From Rotaria socialis (taxonomy: Eukaryota): DNA of 64,000 nt. The translations under genes were made by a program, and so were the position numbers. This document shows, in pieces, positions 13,702 to 27,396 of this stretch (position 1 is its first letter; every line of letters starts with the position of its first letter). The notes beneath the pieces are model-generated. The model was given only the letters and a program-made list of their open reading frames with translations, was not told where the DNA came from and ran no database searches. The stretch lies in the NCBI GenBank assembly GCA_905331295.1, contig CAJNYD010000054.1, forward strand, positions 124,001 to 188,000, read 5' to 3'.

Positions 13702-15171
13702 TTACAAATACAGAAACGCTAATAACAACAAAGATAGTACATATGAAAAAAATGAATATAAAGATGTTGATACAGATGTATGTTTTTTTTGAACAATAGC
13801 ATTTGTTTTCTCTGTGTCTATAGGTGTTGTTGTTGATTTTAATTTTCTATCTTGACATAAACGATCACACTGAATGTCTGATGTGCAATTCAAATACTTG
13901 TCTAAATCATATATAGGCATTGGCAGGTTCAAATGATTTTTCAATTGTTGATAATAAGCTGCTTCGAATAATGTATTATTTGTAACTAAACAAGAGTGTT
14001 CCGGTTTAAATAGACGATTTATGTCTTTTTCTTTTTTCATTTTTAATTTAAATATATTCATCAATTGACAATCACATTGAGCTTTTGTTTGACTATCTTG
14101 TTTAATATCTAAATTAGGATAATTTAATAATAGACAACCATCCAATGGCGATAATTGATTTGGCTTGCGAACATTTATATCTAAATGTGCTAATTTTTCG
14201 ATGCCACAAAAAGCATTTTTATCAATATATTGCAATGGATTTCCAATTAATATTAGTCTCCGAAGTTTTGGTACACCTTCAAATGTATATTCATCAATAT
14301 ACTCGATTAGATTCGACGATAAATCGATTTGATCAATCGTACTCGATTGTAAACCATCAATATTTGACAATTGATCGTATGCAAAATCGATATATTTTAA
14401 ATTTTTCAAGTGTTTCAATGATGATATCAATGACGGCCGATGAAATAATTGTGGTAGATGCATTAAAACAAGATTTTGAAGAAATTTTAAATGTTCAATC
14501 GGCAACAATGTTGTTTGATGCGTATTGACTAATTTCAAATAGGTTAAATTGTTGCCAATAGACGTTAAATTATGAAAACGATAATTATCGATAAATATTT
14601 CGCTTAATTCTAAACGATTTAGTTGCGGTAGTTGAGTTAATAATATTTCTAAATTTAATTTTGTATCGTGCTTATGTACTTGATGGTAGTGAATCTTTTT
14701 TAGCGTTAATCCTTTCAATACTTTAAATGAATCAGAATAAAAAACGTCTTGAAAATTTCCGCTTGATGTTGCCAAAGAATTTATTGTTGAATTTTCAATA
14801 TAAAGCTTTTCTAAATGATTTATTTTTGAAAATGACTCTTCGTTTAAATTCACTAGATTGCAATGACGCAAACGTAGCGAATTAATATTTAAATCAGCGA
14901 ACGTTTTATCGCCGATTTGTAGATCTTGTGAGCATGATTCGAATTCGATCGTATGATATTGTATATTAGGTAGAAAATGTGGTACGTAAGAATGACCAAC
15001 GCATTTTAATGATATGCCTTTTGATGTATTTTCACAGTCGCATTGTTGCTGTATTTCAAATGGATAGTATTGAGCGCATAGGGAATTTGTTATAAATGAT
15101 GGTTGAGCACGCGTTAATGAAATGATTAGAAATATTAAATAGACAACGTAATACATCGATTTGCAATACAT
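13702..15171 (-). CDS. Extracellular LRR protein with signal peptide, LRRNT, LRRs, LRRCT-like segment and a hydrophobic C-terminus (GPI/TM)
   Basis: The 489-aa ORF has an N-terminal hydrophobic signal, CDC..C (LRRNT), LxxLxLxxN repeats, a CDC LRRCT and a C-terminal hydrophobic tail. An acceptor (ttcag) sits immediately before the ATG. Confidence 0.9.
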   Translation of the reverse strand: MYCKSMYYVVYLIFLIISLTRAQPSFITNSLCAQYYPFEIQQQCDCENTSKGISLKCVGHSYVPHFLPNIQYHTIEFESCSQDLQIGDKTFADLNINSLRLRHCNLVNLNEESFSKINHLEKLYIENSTINSLATSSGNFQDVFYSDSFKVLKGLTLKKIHYHQVHKHDTKLNLEILLTQLPQLNRLELSEIFIDNYRFHNLTSIGNNLTYLKLVNTHQTTLLPIEHLKFLQNLVLMHLPQLFHRPSLISSLKHLKNLKYIDFAYDQLSNIDGLQSSTIDQIDLSSNLIEYIDEYTFEGVPKLRRLILIGNPLQYIDKNAFCGIEKLAHLDINVRKPNQLSPLDGCLLLNYPNLDIKQDSQTKAQCDCQLMNIFKLKMKKEKDINRLFKPEHSCLVTNNTLFEAAYYQQLKNHLNLPMPIYDLDKYLNCTSDIQCDRLCQDRKLKSTTTPIDTEKTNAIVQKKHTSVSTSLYSFFSYVLSLLLLAFLYL

Positions 15172-18100
15172 CTGAAATACAAGAGAATAGATACATATAT
15201 ATATATAGAGAGAGAGAGATTTTAGAAAAAAAGAAACGATGAAGGAGTTTGAATAATAGAAGAGAAAATTATGACGGATTGCTGTTTGTAGTGTATACTG
15301 ATGACAAACAAATTAATTCATATGCGAATAGATTTTCTTATCGCCAAGTGACCTGGTAAAATTTATGTCAACAAAATGTACAGATTTTAATTAATACGTA
15401 TGAGAGACTTTTCCGATCTTAATATCGATGTATGACTATTTATATAATAATAGGAATATATGACAAAATTACAATTTATTTTCTAATTACTTCATCTGTT
15501 CGACACAGATTCATGTGTAGACCTTAGTACTATGGAGAAAAATAACTTTGAACAAGTGACTAACAGCTGTCTGTGTTAAATCATTCGTCGGACAGCATGC
15601 TGATGATGTTGTGATGTACACCTGCTCTCATGGTTCGTTAGCGGGTATAGTGAATTCAAGATCTATGCGCACCAGCTTGGCCTTCTACTCAGAAGCCTAT
15701 CTGCGAAACGATATCGAGTAATTAAATATGCTGTTAAGTAGCTCGAAGGCAAGAGTTTTGTGGTTGTGTTGACAGTTTCTATTGTATTTTTCAATAAGAA
15801 ATTATAGAATATAATTTCGGTGGTTTCGGTTACAAGTTATGACAAGTCTAAAACTTATTACCATTTTCAGAACCTAAAATATATGAATATATTATATATT
15901 GTATACGAATAATGCAATTTGGTTTATATGTCATGTTGATAGAAAATGTTGGTTTGAGATCTTCAAGATAAGAAAATATAGTGATACGCAAAGATGAATT
16001 GTTCATGCTGAGTGGAATCGACTGATCTCTTACTGCATGTGCAGCGCTATCTATCATATCCTGGCCAATAGAGTTGAACTTTAAAAGATAATGTAATCTT
16101 CTAATATGTAACTTCGGCAATCGAAATAGATTTCTTTTTTTTTCTGGTGTTTCTCTTTGTGAAAAATTACTCAATAAGTAAATGTCTATTCGAACATTAT
16201 TAATCAACGGTTCTATCTATCAAGAAGATTGAATCTCACATATTTGCCCTTAGCGAAGGATTAGAAGGAACAAAAAAAAAAACTTCAGAAGAATTTATGC
16301 TCAATGTAACTTCTGTGATAAGTCAAAGAAGACTGCCGAATAATTTTCTTTGTGCCGTAATTAATGTATCAATATTTTTTGACAGGTAAATTGAACACAT
16401 AAAACGACATCCGATTAGAATATTTTATTCATGAGAAATTTATTATTTTAAGAAAGAAAATATTTGAAATAAATAATGAAAAATTCTTAAATGGCATGTC
16501 AAATTATATTATTCATGAACGCCGAAAGACAATAGAAACAGATAATCATTTAATTACGAAATAGAATATAGTGCGTGTCATACAAACAATAGTTTTCAAT
16601 GTCAATAGAAAAAAAATGTCTACTTACCTTGAATAAAACCAGAACGTTTATGTGCGCGATGCTCAAATTTGTCGGAAATATATCGCTATATATATATATA
16701 TACATTAAACGGATTTTTATTTCCGTTTTATTCATAACGTAATCGGAGTATGGAACAAAGAAATTTGTACTATTTAAATGAATTGATAAAAAAGAAGCGG
16801 ATAAAAAAGCTGCTTAAAAAGAAAAGCTTTCCTTTCTCTCTGATCCATTTATAGTTTCAGTCCCATTTGAGACGACATATACTACGGTTGACTGCCAATC
16901 TATCCTGTTAATGTTCTCATGCGAAGGCACAAATGCGTAAAATGGAGAGACAGAGAGGAGAGGGAGGAAAAAAAACTAGGGAAAACGTGCGTTCCATCAC
17001 AAACCGGAACTGTCGATCGATTTTTTTTTGTTTGAAGGAAAAAAGACGGGAGAATAAACACGAATGTATGTGTTCACTTTTCTATGTATGTCAAATGTTA
17101 TAACTATTGATTCGATCTTCTTTTTTTCCTACGTGCTCTAAGGGCACCATCACCACCACCACTCGAATAGTACCGTGGTGTTGGCTATTCTTCTGTCCTA
17201 CTCTTACTCTTACTCTTATGGTAATCAGCTCGCGTTGTTGGCCTATTTTTCCTTGCATGTTCTCTTATTCTCTAGCGCTCGTTTTTTTGGTTCTACTATT
17301 TACCCTAAATTAAATGAAAGAGAACAGCAAGAAGCGGAAATGCACTAACGTCAATGCGACCTATGGTCAATAGAATATCCATTTCGAATGTTCAGTTCTG
17401 TTTACGTGCAGTAAAGGTAATCAGCACGCGCATGCACGACGTTGACAGCAATAGATGTCTTTTTTTCTTCTAACATAACACGCTAGAGTCAGTTAAATAG
17501 ACAGATGGCTGAATAAACTAAAAAGAGTAAGAGACAAAAAAAAAGGTGAAAGATTGAAGTCATCGAGCACGATCACATGTAGACAGGACATAAAGTCATC
17601 ATTCATCACATTCGAGATGATGATATGTAGCTATGTAGATGCAAGCATGAGGCACACTTGCTCCTCCTTTTTTCTCTTCTGGCTCATTGAATCGGTACCA
17701 TACATATATATATATATATATACGAGACCAAACAACGATCATCATCATCGCAATAATGAAGATTAGAAATCAAATTATCTATGAACGAGAGATGATTCTA
17801 CTCATCAAGACGACCAAGCAGCCGTACTAATTCCATCAGAAAAGCAATTCATTAAGGCATAAGCACGATCGAAGCTAGCAAACAGCTTACCATGTAGACT
17901 GCTACTTTATACAACACATTGAGTTTCAAAAAAAAGACGTGTGAGTATGTGAGGTGGAGTGTCTGTTCAATGTTCATTTCTTCCTCTCTCTCTCTCTTCT
18001 TCCTTTATCCACTAATTCTTTCTTCGTTCGTTCACCCTCTCTCTCCCTTATTCTGTCTCACGCACATGCTGCTTGCCACCTAGTCAAGAGTAATGCCATT

Positions 18101-21100
18101 CATTCATTCATTCATTCATTCATTCATTTTTTTTTCTCTGGATACGAGCTGAACAAGTGTCCCACTCTCATTGTCGTGGTGGTACACATGCACAAATATC
18201 TATATATCTCTCTCTCTCTCTCTCTACATACATATATATTGGTGCATATATGTGTGATGATGCAATCGTATAACTAATGGATAAAACGCAGACTACAAGA
18301 AACGCAAAAAGAATTTGTTTCTGGCACTGTCTGGTCGCAGAAAAACTTTCTATGAAGAAAAAAAAAAGATAGATATTCACACCAACGATATCATACTATA
18401 AATACTTGAACTACATCAGCTTCATTGTCTTGTCTCTTGTTCTCACCATTGAAATTATTATACTCGTGTACACAAAACTGATACGTGTCAGTTGCATAAA
18501 AAAAACTATCAAGACATCGGAGGTGGGGGGAAGAGACAGGGTTACACTACTGCTATCTTTTTCATTGTGTATACTCCTAATTCCTTTGTTTGACCAAGAC
18601 TGTCGAGAGTTTGATGGTGTAATCAAATATGTGCTGTGTCGGTCAGTATAGTCATTTCGGTGCGAACAAATTCACTGTCATTCAATCTAATTGATAATAA
18701 TATACTTAGTCCATTAAGTAGCGAGCATATTATGTCCTTGTCAATTGAACAGTTAAGAGAACTTGCGCAACGCCTCCTTCTTTTATTCATACACAAATGT
18801 TGTTTTTGTCTTTGTGATGATAACACAAAGCTTTCAAGCTTGCTCTTTCTTTCTCTTCTCTCTTACTTGCTGTTCACATAATATATAGCTACGTGTAGAT
18901 GCATACAGCAAATAGTCATGATGTGATGTGGTCAAGATGTATGTACTCAAAATGTGTCTTGAAAAAAACCTACAAGACAAAAAGTGATTGAAAAGCAACA
19001 AATGTAAAAGAACGAACGAACGAACGAACGAACGAAAGAAATGAGAGTGATAAGATAGAGAGGAAAAAACTGGATGAAAGCAAATAACGGAAGGAAGAAA
19101 GAAAAGAGCAGAATGCTCAGGCCACTTTCTTCATCAATGTTCATCATTCACCCGACCTTGACCCATCCTCGTTCTTTCCAAACTCGGTTTTTTGTAGAAA
19201 TTCAATGTACATATTGCTGCCAGTGGATGTGGGTGTGAAAATAACTTCGATCAATCTCATTTGGTTTCTGTCATTTTTTCTTCTCCTTCGTTCTATTATC
19301 TGAATACTAATGATGACTATTAATGACATTCAATTTTCTAATTCACACAAAAAGAAAACACAACGAATACCTAAAAATGTCGAACCTGTTCTTTTATTTT
19401 CAATTCGATCTTAATGTTTGAACCCAAAAGTAAATTGACGGTATAGGACTACTACGTCCGAGAATATACCCAGCAGGCATGAGTCTGAACGTCGTTGTTT
19501 GCATTGAACACCGACTAATAAGGCGTCTATATCAAGTTACATACATGCATACAAACGCGTATTGAATACATGCAGAGCGGTGCTATTTACCTTGAACAAG
19601 GTAGTTAGGCTGATTGATGTAGGCGACGATTGAACACTATGAATGCTTGAACTGTAGTCTTAGTCCATCATATGCTAATTGAAAAACGTTAAAGTTGATC
19701 GATAATATAATTCTTTTCAATTTGCAGCGCAATTCTTTGGTGACCGAACAGAAGACTGCCAACATGAATCGTCTTCAACATTTCTTGATTTTCACTTTTC
19801 TATCTTATATACATACAGCTGGTTCCTTTCTCTCTCTCTCTCAATGTGAATACTTACATATATATATATATATATAGCTATCTATGTGCACCACCACCAC
19901 CAATCTGCATCTATGAACACATAAGAAGAAGAAGAAGAAGAAAAACTGGGAGAATAATTTAAATATTAGTTGATTTCATTTTCTCACCAGGAGAAGAATA
20001 AGAAAAGAAAAGAGTATGTGATGTCTTTTTCAATAAAATGTATCTGTGTAAGTGGCATATCTCAAAAGATAAAAAAAAGAAATCTTCAAGGGTAAACTCA
20101 TCGTCCTTCTACATCATACTCTTCGTCCATGATAGTCGACGACAGTCATAGGTTATGTTGACAGATCCTATGACAACATCTCATGTTATTATTAACCTCA
20201 AACTATTTGTGAAACTTGTAAATAGTCGAGACAGCTCTTCAGTTCATCATACAACAGATGTCTTTCAAAATTGCCCAAGGGGCGATGAATAAAAAAAAAA
20301 CATAATCTAGATTCTATTTATCATGTGAACAGTTCAAAGTTGATGATTAATCTTTTCACATCGTGGAACCATCTGTCAAACAAAAGTCGAACTATGACAA
20401 GAACAAACTTACCCAAATCTTGATAAGAAATACATATAGAAGAAGTATGCTTGCGAAAAGAAAATGTGCAGAAAGTGGATCATGATTATCATGATAAATC
20501 AACATCAGCAAAAAGAAAAAAAAACTGTGGTCAAAATCTCGTCTGACTTATTTTACTAATTGTTTATTATCTTAATATCAATGTCGAATAACAATACAAT
20601 ATAAGTAGCAAATAATCTGTTCCGATGAATATAACTAATCTGCTGTTTCCATAGCTAAACGCGTGGTTCAGCCTAAATATTATTTTCTATTACTTATCGT
20701 ATTACTGTACTTATATAGCCAACAGACAATTAGCTCGGAGTATAAGTGCACAAAAAAAGGAAACCTTTTAAAAGTTGATTATTGTATTGGCAAACAAGAA
20801 AAAGTTCACTAGCTAAATGTCATACAGTAGGTCCATTATAATTTACCTGTTCTTTTCTCGGATTGATTCTATGCCAGTTGCTACTACTTACTCGTTACAA
20901 TTCTTTATGGTAGTGCTTCCAGTTTGTCTTCTGTTTTCTTTTCTTCTGCTTCTTTTGATCGATATGATGGTGTATTGATGAGGCAAAACATTCTTTTTTC
21001 TATCTATGCATTCATTCATTCATTTATGTTATAGCCCTATCGAGCTTGAGTTCTACGGGAATGTCGAGAGAATAACAACAACAACAATCTGTTCGAGGAA

Positions 21101-24100
21101 CATGACCATCATTAAAGGCGAAGAAAGAAAAAAGAAAAGATATTGCATCATATTCCATTTGGTATACAGTTCTAGTCAGCGATCGTAGCGATGAGTCGAG
21201 TGTAAGATAACAATCATATAAAGAAGAAGAAGAAGAAAAAGCTCGACAGAGGAACAGAAATGAATATTATCAAATGATGGACAAGAAAAGTTCAAGTAAC
21301 AAAAATAATAAAAATTGCCTAGAGGATTAGATCGATCGTATTTTTAAACAGATAATATTATAGAAAGCTCTTCTTCTGATTATCGGCACCCATTAGTTCA
21401 TATTTCTTACGTGTCTTGTATCTTTTTCATCTAATCGTGAATTATTCTTTTGAATTTATGCATGTACTATGTGCTGTTTCTGAACGAATGCAAGGCCACT
21501 CATGTGGAGATGTGTGAGCTGAGACGATTTATTGTTCTGGTCATGCAATACAAAAAAGAACAAGAGCTTGTTTAATTATAATGAAACAGCATTCGGAATA
21601 AGCAAATTCCACTTGAGACCGATCAAGCAATCGACGGCCTGCATATGAAATTAATCAAATTGAACATTTACTATAGGCCAACCTTGAACCGTCTTATTCT
21701 GTTTTCTTTCTTTCTTTCTTTCTCTTTTTCTTTTGCCCCCCAGAGATTATTTTAATTTCTTCTAATCATACTATTCCGATGAAATTTTATCCAAGAATGA
21801 GTTTGATATTTAACATTATCTTTATCGTCCATCAAATAAATTCATCTTCTTTTTCTTCTGATTATTTTAAGAAATATCATCTTTTTTTCGCTCAAGCGAT
21901 TTCTCTAAGGAACTATTTTTACGGCAATGCAACATGTTCAATATGACAATCATTTATCATTATTTAACGTTGATTTCGTTAGAACAATCGCCCTCGCCGA
22001 TTGTTCATCATAAAAACGTCTCCAGATGGTCAACAGTTTCTTTTTTTGTCTTGTTACTTTCAATTGCGTCATCAATCATCGAGAATCAAGAGAAGAAGAA
22101 AAAGAGAAAGACAATTATGACATGAACAACTAATGTTCAATATCAAGTACTATAAACGAATATAAATAGATCTTGAGAAATCTCAAAAGAGATTCACAAG
22201 GACAAAACATAAAATGATTTTATGATGTTTACTGATCAATTATTCATCGAGATAAATAACCAAGCACGACTATTTGTTTATTGAGAAAATTTTTTTACTT
22301 AGAATTAATGAATATCAATAGAATATTGATGATTGTATTCAAGGGAGAAAAACGCTTCACTCGCTCGTTCATTCGTTTTTTCTCTCGAATTGATTAATAT
22401 CATAAAACAAAAAGGATCATAACAAATCCTACTATAAAAGTACTCTTTCAAATAGGCTTGAAGGCTGTTCTATGGCATATATGCATATTAAAGCTCGAAA
22501 TTCATCTGTAAACGTCATAAATTCTTAATCGATTCTAACTTGACGATCGTTTTTATATGAGTTTGCAGATGAACATATAATAACAGATAAGAAAAAAAAA
22601 GTCCGAGTACTATTTTATGATAAATTTTCGATCATTTGAAAGTCAATTATTATTTGATATGTAGGATTAACATATAATAATAATTCATATTGTTTCTGCG
22701 CATTGATGCAATGCAATGTCATTATTTTATATGTGAATAAATGTTGAAATTCGCCTAAAATTATCTTCTGCTTGGATTGACATCAATTGGCCATTGTCGA
22801 AAAAACTGTTTGTCAGCGATATGTTTATCTTGATATTGATTTAATCGGCCGTTTTTGAAATGACATGCAAAATCCTTTCCGTACAATTTCAGTAACAGTA
22901 AAAAAGATTAGAACGGATGCAAATATATGAGTGACTGCATTGAATTCGGGACAAGAAAAGAAAACAGTAGAGAACAAATCGAGATTCCTATTGTTAAAAG
23001 TTTTTTGCAGTAACTATTATGGAATATTTTGGTCTAATTGAATTATCAAGAATCTTGTAAAATAAAAAGGTCAAACAAAGAATCTAGTACATTAATCGAG
23101 TAACTCGACGATGAACAGAGCTCACTGCAATTACGCCGGAGACAATCGATTGTTATAAATATACAAAAATGCCAGCAATAACATTGTTAATTATCTTTCA
23201 TGTCCTATCAAATTCTACTTTATTACGAATCTGACACTGAAGCATTGTTCGAGACAGATCTCGTAACTAAATCAAACTCATCTACTATTTCACGGCCAAG
23301 GATTTATTTGAGTAAACATTTCTTCTCGAAATCGAAAAAAGAATAAAATTTACGATACAAATATTTTATTGACTTCAGTAATATTCGTCCCTGATATCTA
23401 TCATTTATTACTTGTGTCCATTATTTCTAACATATAATCATCATTTGAACACAAATAATTAGTGCTTGCGATGATACTCAGTCTCAAGTAACTAATGCAA
23501 TTGCTTAGCTAGAACTAGACTCAGCGTAAAAGCAATAAAAAGAAAAAAAACCAACTTTAAACATGAAGTCATTCTATTCGAATAATGGCTATTAATTATC
23601 TCTCCGCACAACGTCCGTAGGTTTCTTAGCGCGATCTTAAACTAAGCTAATAATTGAAAGAAGAATTACTTTTTCTCTTCAAACGAGTGAAATTGTATTG
23701 CGTCATTTTCTTTTTCAAGTCATTGGTTACTACAACATTGAATCCTGCCTTATTTATAGTTAATAAATGCAGAACAATGAAAACGAAAGAACTTGCAGGG
23801 CGCACGCTTTTACCAGTCCACGCCCACATCTGAAAGATAATTATTCTTTCATAGTATGAATCAATGAATATGCATATATATGTATTTATCTTTAAATGAT
23901 TTGTTATGGTTCATTAACTGAAAGTGATAGTACGTTGTACAAGCAATGGTAATGAAGTGATACAAATTGACTGCTTCTAAAAGCATGCACGTTTTTACTA
24001 ATTGACGGTCGTTTTAATCATGCATTCTATTTTCAAAGACTAAATCTATTGATAAATGTACTGCATTCACCTGGAGGCAAAAAAATACGTATCGATTTAG

Positions 24101-24821
24101 CAAAAAAACAGAACATCGTCTAGTAATTGCGAAATAGTCAGTAGAGTGTATCTGCGGTAGATGACCGACGAGAATGTGAAGATGAGGCTTTTTGCCGAGA
24201 ATAAATGTAATTTTGACCGTGCTGGTGAAAACGCTTGACTATATATATCATGACTTTTTCTCCGTACATACTGTGTCTCTGATTGGCATATAGTGAGTTT
24301 TACAAAAATGAACTAGTCTGAAAAAAAATATAATGGTCTTGATCTTTATTATGAACTTTAGAGCGTTTATTATTGCTTTGCCATCGTTTTCTACATATTT
24401 TAGAACGATAGAAACGATTTCGGGTCGAAGTAGTTTTTTCGCCAATCTTGAAGAACTATTCCATAACGGATATCAAAATGAGTATTGTTAACGCCACAAA
24501 GGCTACATTTTCTACTGGGTTGGTTCACATAGCTTTTAAAAATAAAATTTTTTATAATCTTGGATTAAAGTTGATCAGTAGTTGTCATGATGGTTGAAAT
24601 ACTTTTTGTTGATTACATTTGGTACTAAAATATGAATGTTGAAATCATTTGATTGCTGTTCATTTTATCGCGCGTTTTGTTTTCTCTAAAGACAACATCC
24701 GGAACAAAAACTTGACTATAATCCAACTGTTTTCAGCTTGTACAACGAATGAAGTTGATTTTGTTTTCATTATGAATCTATTTCTTTATGAATTAAAAAT
24801 TTCTTTTTCTGTTTCTTACGC

Positions 24822-27213
24822 TTAAATTACAACATTGCTTATAAACATAATTGTCAATAGGACAAACAAACAAGTATTTAATCTGTACAAAGATGCCAAC
24901 GATTTTGCGACCACAATACCTTTAACACGCTTTTCACATAAATTTTTTAATGTTGTTTGATTATTATCTTCATTGATTTTGTAGCATGGCAATTGAGATT
25001 GTTGCAGTTCATTAGGACTTAAACATTCGTATCCTATTGGACCTGTACATACATCTGGTAATTTAAATCTATCGGAACGCTGTTCTAAATACCATTCGAG
25101 TGTACAATCACATTGAATTGGATTATTATCAAGATTAATATGTCTTATTGAATGAACTAATGGTTGAAAAATAGATTTTTCAAATAAACGTATTAAATTT
25201 CCATTTAAATTTAATAATGAAATATTATTTATTTGTTCAAATGCATCCGTATCTATATTCGATATTAACGATGATGATAAATCGAGCTCGCCGATATGTT
25301 CACTGCCTTGAAATGCATATGAATGTATGCGTGATATTTCACCATGAGATAAATTAAGGAGACGAATCGATGTCATATGCGAAAATGATCCTGAACGTAA
25401 CGATGTATGAATACCGGTTAATAATATTGTATCACATGTATGAAATCCAAAAAAAGCAAATGGATCAATTTGTTTTATCGGGCATGTAGGCAATAAACAT
25501 AAGATTAAACTGCCCACGGATTTAAGACCAAAAAATGCATATGAATGAATGACCTATTGTAATAAAAGCAAACAACATTCTATTGAACCTGCCATGTAGA
25601 TTAGAGGATAGAATCGTTTTGATGAAGAGCACCTATGCGGGGAACTGAACAAATCAGATCAAGGCATGCTCGATATCAATTCTATTCGACTATGAAATGA
25701 TAAGCAGAAAAAAAGTAACACTAGTAGAATTGTTTAATACTCGCCCAATGCTCTTTCGTAAATTTATATCTTCTATTAGCGTATGTACGCGAATGAGAGA
25801 AAGTTGATGACTGACGTTCTCAAATTCTTCTGTATTGACAATTGACATTGCACACTCGCATAGTATTATTTGAGAACAAAATCATTTCGTATTAACGGAT
25901 GTTTGCTGATCACTTGTCTCTTGGTTTTACGGAATAGAGTATTAACTAAGATCTTCCGTTTCTTTGAGAATTTGTTTTTTTTTTCGTCTATATTTAGACT
26001 TACTTCTAATGGATTGTTACTAAGATCTAATATATCAACGAAATGTGTGTAGCGAAATGCTTCGGCATTAATAACACGTATTGAATTCGATGCAAGTGAT
26101 ATACGATGTACATATTCAATGTCGCTAAATGAATATGCTTGTAATTCAGTTAGATTTCCATTGGCTTCAATACGAATTTCATTTAAATAAGGAAGATGAC
26201 GAAATGCATGTGGCTGAATTTTAACAAGTCCAGTACTAATTATCGAAAGATAACGAAGATTTTGAAGACCCTAAAAAAACTTTTCATATGAAATCGAAAG
26301 TAACACGTGGAATTTTACGTGAAAATCATCTGTTTTAATCAATGTGATTGATGGTGTATGCACAAGATCAAAACGAATTATCGATTGTGTAAACGCCGTC
26401 AGATTATGATTTGTCGAATACCAAGAACGTGGCAAATGAGATATTGTTGTTGAATAACTGCAATCGATTGTATTCGAATGAACACAAGTGCAATCACTCA
26501 ATGCTTTGAACAAATGTGGACAGTTGCTGTTTTGATTGCGATGATCAGATTCCAAATGTACAAAGTGAATACAAGTTAGTAGAACAAAGAAAAATATGTA
26601 ATGTTGCCTAAAAAAAGAATTATTTAAATTGTAGTAGATCTCTTTCCAGAAACTTACGTCATCAATCATGTGTACACATATGTGCTCGAACAGCAGAATA
26701 TATAATCTGAATAGGAAATATATAGAATCAATATACTCTATCGTACAAATGGTGTCATAAACAATAAGAAACAAGTAACTTGATGATTATATTGTGGACA
26801 ATAGGAATGTAGAAAAGGTTACTTATGTTATAATCTCGTAACGTACATATGTGCATATATTTCCTCATTGTAGTAGTGTCTTGAGAGGTTTTTGTTTTTA
26901 TACTGATCAAAATAATCTTCAATGGCTTAAGTGTTTGTGGATTTAAGTGTCTATGCTTATGATCCCTATCAGATCGAAATCGAAAGCAGCCTAAGATAGA
27001 GTCAAAGACATTACGTGCATTGGAAAAGAACGGATTGCATCGAGTATATCATCAATCTTTTCCATATCGTAGACAGCAAAAAAAAGAAAAAGAAAAAAGA
27101 TCGAAGTAAAATAAAAAATAGAAAGCTTTGATCACTAAGATTGTGTCCGTTTATCAAGGATAAACATTTTTTGTTTTACATTAAAATAAAATAAGAAAAC
27201 CTTGTACGTACAT
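24822..27213 (-). CDS. Second extracellular LRR protein (slit/chaoptin-type LRRs, LRRCT, GPI-like tail)
   Basis: Exons lie at ~26607-26318, ~26270-26019 and ~25552-24822. The protein has signal MQHYIFFFVLLTCIHFV, LRRs (LRYLSIISTGL, LDLSNNPL, LNLSHGEI), an NPIQCDC..LEWY LRRCT and a hydrophobic C-terminus. The ATG appears split by an intron (AT at 27213-27212 or 26848-26847). Confidence 0.85.
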
Positions 27214-27361
27214 GCGCAATTTGAGTCGCTAAATGTTCCTCCGTTGGCCAGTTAGTGTACAGAAATTTTCTCTTTTTTTTTGTCAGTACTATATGAGAAT
27301 AGGAATCATAAAAAACAATTCTACTGGGTATATTATTCTTTATCTCCGATGAAATCGAAGA

Positions 27362-27396
<35 letters not shown>

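Noticed and set aside
14145..14528. 127-aa + strand ORF
   Set aside because: Antisense shadow of the LRR gene.
15848..24445. 60-119-aa ORFs in the non-coding block
   Set aside because: They are low-complexity or microsatellite-derived, overlap on both strands and carry no recognisable motifs.
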